DNA of 64,000 nucleotides from Escherichia coli (GTDB lineage Bacteria; Pseudomonadota; Gammaproteobacteria; Enterobacterales; Enterobacteriaceae): NCBI RefSeq assembly GCF_036507355.1, contig NZ_AP027877.1; one strand, 5' to 3'. Shown piece by piece: positions 55,282 to 64,000 of this stretch (position 1 is its first letter; each line of letters starts with the position of its first letter). The notes under the pieces were generated by a model. It saw only the letters and a program-made list of their open reading frames with translations, ran no database searches and was not told where the DNA came from. The position numbers and the translations under genes were made by a program.

Positions 55282-57917
55282 TGTTTTTCCTCACACTCTT
55301 TTCCTGATGGGCAGCCAGTTTCCGGTAGCTGGGCATTCTGCTCCAGCCATACCTGGAGATTATCGCCAAAGCGTAAACTGCGCCATAACGTAAAAATATT
55401 CTCTTCATGGTGATAATTAAGGTTTACCGTACCGCTTTTACCATCGACGCGACTGGTGCCCGAAATGTTGGCCTGCATGGTTAACACACCGAGATTATCT
55501 AAATTAATCCTTGTTGATGAGCGACTGATTTCCATATAACGCAACCAGTTGATGGCAGTTCCAGCGGTCATATTGTCTTTGGCCACCGCATCTGCAGTGT
55601 CTTTATCCAGACGCAGCGTCATCGGCCCCGCGTTTGCCAACCAGCCATCTTTGACAATCCATTTTTCATTGTTCAGCCATAGTGGCAAGGCCCCACTGAA
55701 TGCCCCAGACATGGCGAATTGTTTCGGATTGACGGCGCTAACCAGTTCGCTGGATGAGAGATTATTCAGCCGCAACAGCGCCGGGTCATGTTGCGGCATA
55801 CGTAATTGTTTCATCAGCACGTTACCGCCTAACACATCGACGCTAACATCAGTCAACAGCAATGGTTCTTCTTCAGTCCACGGATAACGCCCTTGCAAAT
55901 CAGCCGTAATATTTTTCGCTGTCACCAGATTAATCACTTCGGCAATTCGCAACGTAACGGGGCCGCGAGTCCCAAGATGCCAGGCTCCATCGGCAAAACG
56001 GAAAGGCAGGACAAAATCGACACCGTTAACCTGATTATCTGGCATCCAGGCACTACCGCCTTTCAACACGCCGTGCCCTCCCGCGCGGAATCCTTGTTCA
56101 GGCGCAGCAGAAAATGCAACCTGAGCATACAGTTCACCATCGCGTAAGTTCATCTTCCAGTCGGGTGGCACCAGCGGCTGGAATACAGTCAGTGATTGTT
56201 TAGGCCACCAGGCGTTACCGCGCAGACGAATACCGTCCCAGCGACCATTTACCCGAACCGGGCCAATCTCACCAGCATGTAAATCGCCTTTAAAGAGGAA
56301 ATACGTCGGATCGCGCCCATCGACGCTAAATTTTAAGGTTGATGGCGGTAACACACTGCCGCCAGTGAACAGCGTTTGCCCGGCGTCCAGTGACAGCGCG
56401 CCGCTGAAGGAGGGATGCTGTGCGTCACGTACCCAGACGACGGGCTTGTCGAGAATTAATCGCGGCTTTTCTACCGTCATCGTACCGTATTGTAGCTGGT
56501 CGAAACCGGTGGAGAGATCGGTCAGCGTAATCGTGCTGTCATGCCACTCACCTTTTCCTGCGACATCCCAGGTGGCATTCATCGGTGTAAAACTCCCTTT
56601 TCCCCAGTAGCGCCACTGCCAGCGGCCAGCGTCAGGGAGAAAATCATTCGCCAGCCCATCCATATGCAGCACGAAATCGCCCAGTTCATTTTCATGCGCC
56701 TGCAAAATGGCCTGCAAACGTCCGTCAACACCACGTTGGGTGACTTTTACACCCGCTAAAGGCCAGCGGATTTCATCGATGTCCAGCGAATCGATGACTC
56801 TTCCCTTTGAACGAAGTAACGCGCCTGGCTCAAAGGTCAGCGTTGGGTCAGACAGACTTCCACTTACCTGCGCAGGTAAACGGGCATATAAAATGAGGTC
56901 CGCCTGTTTCGCTTCACCGGTCAGCTGCAGAGGCAGCTGGCTGTTATCCATGCTTAATTTTCCTGGGCCAAAATTAAGCACCGCGTTGCCCTTACCCGCT
57001 TGCCCCTGGGTCAGCACACTCAGTCGTCCGCTGACCAGAGCGTTCTCAAGCCCTGCCTGCCAGTTGTCGACTTTGACACCCAGTCGGCCACTCAAAGGAA
57101 AACCTGCATACGGCCAGCTCCAGCGACCATCGCTTACGGTCAATTGTTGACGCGTAATTTGCCACGGCAAATCGAGCAACGGATCGCCGTTATCCCGTGC
57201 CAGCACGATCAATTGCCCGCTATTTTCCTGCCAGTCCAGCTCTGCATCCACCAGTGACGGTTCCTGCGGCAAGTTTAACGTCGCAGTAGCATGCCCACTT
57301 ACAGGAAGTCCATCCGGCACGAGCGGCATAGTAAATTCCCCCACCAGTTTAACCGGCGGCTGATTTTCAAACGCGACGACATCCAGCTCGCTGACTGTAA
57401 GTTGTTGCCCTTTCAGCTGGCCTTGAAATTTAACTTTTTCGCCCTGATAACGCAGTTGCTGGATATCAGAGGTTAATGCGAGAGAGAGTTTTCCCTGCCA
57501 TTCCTGCCAGGGAGAAAAAATCAGTTTATCGATATTGATCCAGGTGTTAGGCAGCATGGACTGCCACTGCGCGAGGGTTTTTGGAGCAGCTGGCGATTGC
57601 TCCGTCTGCGGCAATTTCGCCAGACAAGCAGAATCAAGTTCTACCGTGCCGACGTTCAATAACCAGCGGCTGGGATGTGAAAGGCTGGCGTTGGTGATAT
57701 GCGCAAGCTGACAATCTCCCACCAGATAACGGAGATCGGGAATGATTAAACCTTTACGCGTAATGCGTGGGCTTTCATCTAATGCAATACGTGTCCCGAG
57801 CGGTAGCCAGATGCCCGCCAGCGTGGGAACCCACAGCCCGAGCGTCATCAGCAGCGTCAACGGCACAAGAATAATCAGTAATAACAGCGCGAGAACGGCT
57901 TTATATTTACCCAGCAT
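55278..57917 (-). CDS. ydbH: AsmA-like large envelope protein
   Basis: 879-aa ORF with N-terminal TM anchor MLGKYKAVLALLLLIILVPLTLLM...; 4-nt overlap with ynbE. Confidence 0.85.
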   Translation of the reverse strand: MLGKYKAVLALLLLIILVPLTLLMTLGLWVPTLAGIWLPLGTRIALDESPRITRKGLIIPDLRYLVGDCQLAHITNASLSHPSRWLLNVGTVELDSACLAKLPQTEQSPAAPKTLAQWQSMLPNTWINIDKLIFSPWQEWQGKLSLALTSDIQQLRYQGEKVKFQGQLKGQQLTVSELDVVAFENQPPVKLVGEFTMPLVPDGLPVSGHATATLNLPQEPSLVDAELDWQENSGQLIVLARDNGDPLLDLPWQITRQQLTVSDGRWSWPYAGFPLSGRLGVKVDNWQAGLENALVSGRLSVLTQGQAGKGNAVLNFGPGKLSMDNSQLPLQLTGEAKQADLILYARLPAQVSGSLSDPTLTFEPGALLRSKGRVIDSLDIDEIRWPLAGVKVTQRGVDGRLQAILQAHENELGDFVLHMDGLANDFLPDAGRWQWRYWGKGSFTPMNATWDVAGKGEWHDSTITLTDLSTGFDQLQYGTMTVEKPRLILDKPVVWVRDAQHPSFSGALSLDAGQTLFTGGSVLPPSTLKFSVDGRDPTYFLFKGDLHAGEIGPVRVNGRWDGIRLRGNAWWPKQSLTVFQPLVPPDWKMNLRDGELYAQVAFSAAPEQGFRAGGHGVLKGGSAWMPDNQVNGVDFVLPFRFADGAWHLGTRGPVTLRIAEVINLVTAKNITADLQGRYPWTEEEPLLLTDVSVDVLGGNVLMKQLRMPQHDPALLRLNNLSSSELVSAVNPKQFAMSGAFSGALPLWLNNEKWIVKDGWLANAGPMTLRLDKDTADAVAKDNMTAGTAINWLRYMEISRSSTRINLDNLGVLTMQANISGTSRVDGKSGTVNLNYHHEENIFTLWRSLRFGDNLQVWLEQNAQLPETGCPSGKECEEKQ

Positions 57918-58124
57918 GGGTAGTTAATATCCTGATTTAGCGAAAAATTAAGCATTCAATACGGGTATTGTGGCATGTTTAACCGTTCAGTTGAAGGTTG
58001 CGCCTACACTAAGCATAGTTGTTGATGAATTTTTCAATATCGCCATAGCTTTCAATTAAATTTGAAATTTTGTAAAATATTTTTAGTAGCTTAAATGTGA
58101 TTCAACATCACTGGAGAAAGTCTT

Positions 58125-59114
58125 ATGAAACTCGCCGTTTATAGCACAAAACAGTACGACAAGAAGTACCTGCAACAGGTGAACGAGTCCTTTGGCTTTG
58201 AGCTGGAATTTTTTGACTTTCTGCTGACGGAAAAAACCGCTAAAACTGCCAATGGCTGCGAAGCGGTATGTATTTTCGTAAACGATGACGGCAGCCGCCC
58301 GGTGCTGGAAGAGCTGAAAAAGCACGGCGTTAAATATATCGCCCTGCGCTGTGCCGGTTTCAATAACGTCGACCTTGACGCGGCAAAAGAACTGGGGCTG
58401 AAAGTAGTCCGTGTTCCAGCCTATGATCCAGAGGCCGTTGCTGAACACGCCATCGGTATGATGATGACGCTGAACCGCCGTATTCACCGCGCGTATCAGC
58501 GTACCCGTGACGCTAACTTCTCTCTGGAAGGTCTGACCGGCTTTACTATGTATGGCAAAACGGCAGGCGTTATCGGTACCGGTAAAATCGGTGTGGCGAT
58601 GCTGCGCATTCTGAAAGGTTTTGGTATGCGTCTGCTGGCGTTCGATCCGTATCCAAGTGCAGCGGCGCTGGAACTCGGTGTGGAGTATGTCGATCTGCCA
58701 ACCCTGTTCTCTGAATCTGACGTTATCTCTCTGCACTGCCCGCTGACACCGGAAAACTACCATCTGTTGAACGAAGCCGCCTTCGATCAGATGAAAAATG
58801 GCGTGATGATCGTCAATACCAGTCGCGGTGCATTGATTGATTCTCAGGCAGCAATTGAAGCGCTGAAAAATCAGAAAATTGGTTCGTTGGGTATGGACGT
58901 GTATGAGAACGAACGCGATCTATTCTTTGAAGATAAATCCAACGACGTGATCCAGGATGACGTATTCCGTCGCCTGTCTGCCTGCCACAACGTGCTGTTT
59001 ACCGGGCACCAGGCATTCCTGACAGCAGAAGCTCTGACCAGTATTTCTCAGACTACGCTGCAAAACTTAAGCAATCTGGAAAAAGGTGAAACCTGCCCGA
59101 ACGAACTGGTTTAA
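58125..59114 (+). CDS. ldhA: fermentative D-lactate dehydrogenase
   Basis: 329-aa ORF MKLAVYSTKQYDKKYLQQVNESFGFELEFF...; NAD-binding GxGxxG. Confidence 0.92.
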   Translation: MKLAVYSTKQYDKKYLQQVNESFGFELEFFDFLLTEKTAKTANGCEAVCIFVNDDGSRPVLEELKKHGVKYIALRCAGFNNVDLDAAKELGLKVVRVPAYDPEAVAEHAIGMMMTLNRRIHRAYQRTRDANFSLEGLTGFTMYGKTAGVIGTGKIGVAMLRILKGFGMRLLAFDPYPSAAALELGVEYVDLPTLFSESDVISLHCPLTPENYHLLNEAAFDQMKNGVMIVNTSRGALIDSQAAIEALKNQKIGSLGMDVYENERDLFFEDKSNDVIQDDVFRRLSACHNVLFTGHQAFLTAEALTSISQTTLQNLSNLEKGETCPNELV

Positions 59115-59224
59115 TCTTGCCGCTCCCCTGCAATCCAGGGGAGCTGATTCAGATAATCCCCAATGACCTTTCATCCTCTATTCTTAAAATAGTCCTGAGT
59201 CAGAAACTGTAATTGAGAACCACA

Positions 59225-59647
59225 ATGAAGAAAGTAGCCGCGTTTGTTGCGCTAAGCCTGCTGATGGCGGGATGTGTAAGTAATGACAAAATTGCTGTTA
59301 CGCCAGAACAGCTACAGCATCATCGCTTTGTGCTGGAAAGCGTAAACGGTAAGCCCGTGACCAGCGATAAAAATCCGCCAGAAATCAGCTTTGGTGAAAA
59401 AATGATGATTTCCGGCAGCATGTGTAACCGCTTTAGCGGTGAAGGCAAACTGTCTAATGGTGAACTGACAGCCAAAGGGCTGGCAATGACCCGTATGATG
59501 TGCGCTAACCCGCAGCTTAATGAACTCGATAACACCATTAGCGAAATGCTGAAAGAAGGTGCACAAGTGGATCTGACCGCGAACCAGTTAACGCTGGCGA
59601 CCGCGAAACAGACATTAACTTATAAGCTGGCGGATTTAATGAATTAA
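59225..59647 (+). CDS. hslJ: heat-inducible lipoprotein HslJ (META domain)
   Basis: ORF from 59213 (TTG); ATG at 59225 (MKKVAAFVALSLLMAGC...) with lipobox; 140 aa. Confidence 0.85.
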   Translation: MKKVAAFVALSLLMAGCVSNDKIAVTPEQLQHHRFVLESVNGKPVTSDKNPPEISFGEKMMISGSMCNRFSGEGKLSNGELTAKGLAMTRMMCANPQLNELDNTISEMLKEGAQVDLTANQLTLATAKQTLTYKLADLMN

Positions 59648-59910
59648 TAGCTGCCACAGCTCCCGGCGGCAAGTGACTGTTCGCTACAGCGTTTGCCGTT
59701 GGGTAATGCACACATCCCAATCGCCGTACCATCCAGTTGACGGGCAACAGAAAGCGAACCGCCGATCATTGCACAATTTGCTTCTCCACTACTGGACATC
59801 GACGCTTTTAAACCTGGCACTACGTGCGCCGCTGTCGCCTGCTGAACAGGCTCACTACTACACGCCGACAACAATAAAGCGGCACACCCTACCCAAAACG
59901 CTGCTCGCAT
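59644..59910 (-). CDS. ydbJ: small lipoprotein (DUF333)
   Basis: 88-aa ORF with lipobox LLLSAC. Confidence 0.75.
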   Translation of the reverse strand: MRAAFWVGCAALLLSACSSEPVQQATAAHVVPGLKASMSSSGEANCAMIGGSLSVARQLDGTAIGMCALPNGKRCSEQSLAAGSCGSY

Positions 59911-60183
59911 CTCTTCTTCCTCTGATCTTCAAGCCAAACGACACCGCCATAAATAATAGGCAGCACAGAGGGTGGCGTCGAGAGCTGTCCTGCGCGTTGC
60001 CCCGCATTTTTACTTTTTTATGGCTATTTTTTTGCCCTCTGTTTGATCAAAACATTCATTACTCTGATGTGGGGGACACAAAAGCGAAAATGCAGAAGAA
60101 AGCCATTTGCTAAAATTGAAGGATTACTACTGGGCGCGCAGCAATTTCGTGCGCCCCTCATTTGCGCAATGTAAGGGTGTCAT

Positions 60184-63100
60184 ATGATTACTATTGACGG
60201 TAATGGCGCGGTTGCTTCGGTGGCGTTTCGCACCAGTGAAGTTATCGCCATCTACCCTATTACCCCCAGTTCCACGATGGCAGAACAGGCTGATGCCTGG
60301 GCCGGAAACGGCTTGAAGAACGTTTGGGGAGACACACCACGCGTGGTTGAAATGCAGTCGGAAGCGGGTGCTATCGCTACCGTGCATGGCGCTTTGCAGA
60401 CGGGTGCCCTTTCAACATCGTTTACGTCATCGCAGGGTTTGCTGCTGATGATCCCGACGCTGTACAAACTGGCAGGCGAACTCACACCGTTTGTCCTGCA
60501 TGTAGCGGCACGTACCGTTGCCACACATGCACTCTCTATTTTTGGCGATCATTCCGACGTCATGGCGGTGCGCCAGACGGGTTGCGCGATGTTGTGTGCG
60601 GCAAACGTCCAGGAAGCGCAAGACTTTGCTCTCATTTCGCACATCGCGACGCTGAAAAGCCGCGTGCCATTTATTCATTTCTTTGATGGTTTCCGTACGT
60701 CCCACGAAATCAATAAAATTGTCCCGCTGGCCGATGACACGATTCTTGATCTCATGCCGCAGGCCGAAATTGATGCTCATCGCGCCCGGGCGCTCAACCC
60801 GGAACATCCGGTGATCCGCGGTACGTCCGCCAATCCTGACACTTATTTCCAGTCTCGCGAAGCCACCAACCCATGGTACAACGCGGTCTATGACCATGTT
60901 GAACAGGCGATGAATGATTTCTCTGCCGCGACAGGTCGTCAGTATCAGCCGTTTGAATATTACGGGCATCCGCAAGCGGAACGGGTGATTATCCTGATGG
61001 GCTCTGCCATTGGCACCTGTGAAGAAGTGGTTGATGAATTGCTAACCCGTGGCGAAAAAGTTGGCGTGCTGAAAGTTCGCCTGTACCGTCCCTTCTCCGC
61101 CAAACACTTGCTGCAAGCTCTGCCGGGATCCGTACGCAGCGTGGCGGTACTGGACAGAACCAAAGAACCCGGTGCCCAGGCAGAACCACTCTATCTGGAT
61201 GTAATGACCGCACTGGCAGAAGCCTTTAATAATGGCGAGCGCGAAACTCTGCCCCGTGTCATTGGTGGGCGCTATGGTCTTTCATCCAAAGAATTTGGCC
61301 CGGACTGTGTACTGGCGGTATTTGCCGAGCTCAACGCGGCTAAACCGAAAGCGCGCTTTACGGTTGGTATTTACGATGATGTGACCAATCTGTCACTGCC
61401 GTTGCCGGAAAACATCCTGCCAAACTCGGCGAAACTGGAAGCCTTGTTTTATGGCCTTGGCAGTGATGGCAGCGTTTCCGCGACCAAAAACAATATCAAG
61501 ATTATCGGTAATTCCACGCCGTGGTACGCACAGGGCTATTTTGTTTACGACTCCAAAAAGGCGGGCGGCCTGACGGTTTCTCACCTTCGAGTGAGCGAAC
61601 AGCCGATTCGTTCCGCTTATCTCATTTCCCAGGCTGATTTTGTTGGCTGCCACCAGTTGCAGTTTATCGATAAATATCAGATGGCTGAGCGTTTAAAACC
61701 TGGCGGCATTTTCCTGCTCAACACGCCGTACAGCGCAGATGAAGTGTGGTCGCGCTTGCCGCAAGAAGTTCAGGCCGTGTTAAACCAGAAAAAAGCGCGC
61801 TTCTATGTGATTAACGCAGCTAAAATCGCCCGCGAATGTGGCCTGGCGGCCCGTATTAATACCGTCATGCAGATGGCTTTTTTCCATCTGACGCAAATTC
61901 TGCCTGGCGATAGCGCCCTCGCAGAATTGCAGGGTGCGATTGCCAAAAGTTACAGTAGCAAAGGTCAGGATCTGGTGGAGCGCAACTGGCAGGCTCTGGC
62001 GCTGGCACGTGAATCCGTAGAAGAAGTTCCGTTGCAACCGGTAAATCCGCACAGCGCCAATCGACCGCCAGTGGTTTCCGATGCCGCCCCTGATTTCGTG
62101 AAAACCGTAACCGCTGCGATGCTCGCCGGGCTTGGTGATGCCCTCCCCGTTTCGGCGCTGCCGCCAGACGGCACCTGGCCGATGGGCACCACTCGCTGGG
62201 AAAAACGCAATATCGCCGAAGAGATCCCCATCTGGAAAGAGGAACTCTGTACCCAATGTAACCACTGCGTCGCCGCTTGCCCACACTCAGCTATTCGCGC
62301 AAAAGTGGTACCGCCTGAAGCGATGGAAAACGCCCCTGCCAGCCTGCATTCGCTGGATGTGAAATCGCGTGATATGCGCGGGCAGAAATATGTCTTGCAG
62401 GTGGCTCCGGAAGATTGCACCGGTTGTAACCTGTGCGTCGAAGTTTGCCCGGCGAAAGACCGTCAGAATCCAGAGATTAAAGCCATCAATATGATGTCGC
62501 GCCTGGAACATGTCGAAGAAGAGAAAATCAATTACGATTTCTTCCTCAACCTGCCAGAAATCAACCGTAGCAAACTGGAACGTATTGATATTCGTACATC
62601 GCAGCTGATTACACCGCTGTTTGAATATTCCGGTGCTTGCTCCGGTTGTGGCGAGACGCCGTATATTAAATTGCTGACTCAGCTCTATGGCGACCGGATG
62701 TTGATCGCTAACGCCACCGGCTGTTCTTCAATTTATGGCGGTAACCTGCCCTCTACACCGTATACCACCGATGCCAACGGTCGTGGGCCGGCATGGGCGA
62801 ACTCTCTATTTGAAGATAATGCCGAATTTGGCCTTGGTTTCCGCCTGACGGTCGATCAACACCGTGTCCGCGTGCTGCGTCTGCTGGATCAATTTGCCGA
62901 TAAAATCCCGGCGGAATTACTGACTGCATTGAAATCAGACGCCACGCCAGAGGTTCGTCGTGAACAGGTCACAGCTTTACGCCAGCAACTCAACGATGTT
63001 GCCGAAGCACATGAACTGCTGCGTGACGCAGATGCACTGGTGGAAAAATCAATCTGGCTGATTGGTGGCGACGGCTGGGCTTACGATATCGGCTTTGGCG

Positions 63101-63708
63101 GTCTGGATCATGTATTGAGTTTGACGGAAAACGTCAACATTCTGGTGCTGGATACGCAATGCTATTCCAACACCGGTGGTCAGGCGTCGAAAGCGACACC
63201 GCTGGGTGCAGTAACTAAATTTGGCGAGCACGGCAAACGTAAAGCGCGTAAAGATCTTGGCGTCAGTATGATGATGTACGGTCATGTTTATGTGGCGCAG
63301 ATTTCTCTCGGCGCGCAACTGAACCAGACGGTGAAAGCGATTCAGGAAGCGGAAGCGTATCCGGGGCCATCGCTGATCATCGCTTATAGCCCATGTGAAG
63401 AGCATGGTTACGATCTGGCACTCAGCCATGACCAGATGCGCCAACTCACAGCTACCGGCTTCTGGCCGCTATATCGCTTCGATCCGCGTCGTGCCGATGA
63501 AGGCAAACTGCCGCTGGCGCTGGATTCACGCCCGCCGTCAGAAGCACTGGAAGAAACGTTACTTCACGAGCAACGTTTCCGTCGGCTGAATTCGCAGCAG
63601 CCAGAAGTGGCAGAACAGTTATGGAAAGATGCTGCAGCTGATTTGCAAAAACGCTATGACTTCCTGGCACAAATGGCCGGAAAAGCGGAAAAAAGCAACA
63701 CCGATTAA
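60184..63708 (+). CDS. pfo: pyruvate:flavodoxin/ferredoxin oxidoreductase
   Basis: 1174 aa; two 4Fe-4S ferredoxin motifs (CTQCNHCVAACP, CTGCNLCVEVCP) and a C-terminal TPP-binding domain. Confidence 0.92.
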   Translation: MITIDGNGAVASVAFRTSEVIAIYPITPSSTMAEQADAWAGNGLKNVWGDTPRVVEMQSEAGAIATVHGALQTGALSTSFTSSQGLLLMIPTLYKLAGELTPFVLHVAARTVATHALSIFGDHSDVMAVRQTGCAMLCAANVQEAQDFALISHIATLKSRVPFIHFFDGFRTSHEINKIVPLADDTILDLMPQAEIDAHRARALNPEHPVIRGTSANPDTYFQSREATNPWYNAVYDHVEQAMNDFSAATGRQYQPFEYYGHPQAERVIILMGSAIGTCEEVVDELLTRGEKVGVLKVRLYRPFSAKHLLQALPGSVRSVAVLDRTKEPGAQAEPLYLDVMTALAEAFNNGERETLPRVIGGRYGLSSKEFGPDCVLAVFAELNAAKPKARFTVGIYDDVTNLSLPLPENILPNSAKLEALFYGLGSDGSVSATKNNIKIIGNSTPWYAQGYFVYDSKKAGGLTVSHLRVSEQPIRSAYLISQADFVGCHQLQFIDKYQMAERLKPGGIFLLNTPYSADEVWSRLPQEVQAVLNQKKARFYVINAAKIARECGLAARINTVMQMAFFHLTQILPGDSALAELQGAIAKSYSSKGQDLVERNWQALALARESVEEVPLQPVNPHSANRPPVVSDAAPDFVKTVTAAMLAGLGDALPVSALPPDGTWPMGTTRWEKRNIAEEIPIWKEELCTQCNHCVAACPHSAIRAKVVPPEAMENAPASLHSLDVKSRDMRGQKYVLQVAPEDCTGCNLCVEVCPAKDRQNPEIKAINMMSRLEHVEEEKINYDFFLNLPEINRSKLERIDIRTSQLITPLFEYSGACSGCGETPYIKLLTQLYGDRMLIANATGCSSIYGGNLPSTPYTTDANGRGPAWANSLFEDNAEFGLGFRLTVDQHRVRVLRLLDQFADKIPAELLTALKSDATPEVRREQVTALRQQLNDVAEAHELLRDADALVEKSIWLIGGDGWAYDIGFGGLDHVLSLTENVNILVLDTQCYSNTGGQASKATPLGAVTKFGEHGKRKARKDLGVSMMMYGHVYVAQISLGAQLNQTVKAIQEAEAYPGPSLIIAYSPCEEHGYDLALSHDQMRQLTATGFWPLYRFDPRRADEGKLPLALDSRPPSEALEETLLHEQRFRRLNSQQPEVAEQLWKDAAADLQKRYDFLAQMAGKAEKSNTD

Positions 63709-63737
63709 ATGCTCTGGATAAGGATTATCCAATTCTA

Positions 63738-63846
63738 AAAAAAAGCCCGGACGACTGTTCGGGCTTGTCTTTTTATATGTTGGAAAATCAGTGGCAATGC
63801 AATGGCCCAACAGAAAATAAAATCTGTGACAATAAAGGCATATAAC
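63738..63846 (-). ncRNA. micC: MicC small regulatory RNA (Hfq-dependent, targets ompC)
   Basis: Reverse complement of 63738-63846 reads GTTATATGCCTTTATTGTCACAGATTTTATTTTCTGTTGGGCCATTGCATTGCCACTGATTTTCCAACATATAAAAAGACAAGCCCGAACAGTCGTCCGGGCTTTTTTT, matching the remembered MicC sequence, with intrinsic terminator. Confidence 0.85.
63741..63776. terminator. bidirectional intrinsic terminator shared by pfo (+) and micC (-)
   Basis: Stem aagcccg/cgggctt with T-run after on + strand and A-run before (U-run for the minus transcript). Confidence 0.7.
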
Positions 63847-64000
63847 CCGCGCAGAATAACGTATAGAAAATTAAAAGTATAATTTTTATTTTGTATGTAT
63901 TATCTTCGATACATTCACCAGACTTATTATCATTTCAGAAGAATTATTTGATTAAGGTTTTACTTAAGGCGTAACAAATGATATTTATCGGCTAACTGAA

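Noticed and set aside
59673-60113. 146-aa ORF on + strand between hslJ and pfo
   Set aside because: Mostly antisense to lipoprotein gene ydbJ and runs into the pfo upstream region; no RBS or domain features

Overview
This window reads as an Escherichia coli-type chromosomal segment running from yncG/ansP to pfo/micC, with about 60 protein-coding genes, two small RNAs and two IS1 copies. Gene identities were recognised from protein N-termini, lengths and motifs in the supplied ORF track; no database search was possible, and every comparison to E. coli K-12 is from memory. Hand-derived coordinates (trimmed starts, hairpins, small genes) may be off by 1-2 nt. Recognised genes include ansP, yncE/yncD (with a Fur-box-like site), mcbR, curA, mnaT, ortT, yncL, ydcR plus ydcSTUV-patD, hicAB, rlhA, sutR, tehAB, opgD, trg, mokB/hokB/sokB, cybB, an intact gapC, aldA, hrpA, azoR, ynbABCD, ydbH-ynbE-ydbL, ldhA, hslJ, pfo and micC. 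I did not find a clearly novel multi-gene system. The three places that look accessory or variable are: (1) two inverted, non-identical IS1 copies bracketing a 2.2-kb internal autotransporter fragment, next to a 5'-truncated ydbD and without target-site duplications; (2) an AT-rich islet of about 1.3 kb carrying a hexapeptide-repeat (XAT-like) acetyltransferase between yncL and patD; (3) a perfect (CTGCA)x11 microsatellite near the left end. No CRISPR array, tRNA/rRNA, integrase or prophage was seen.
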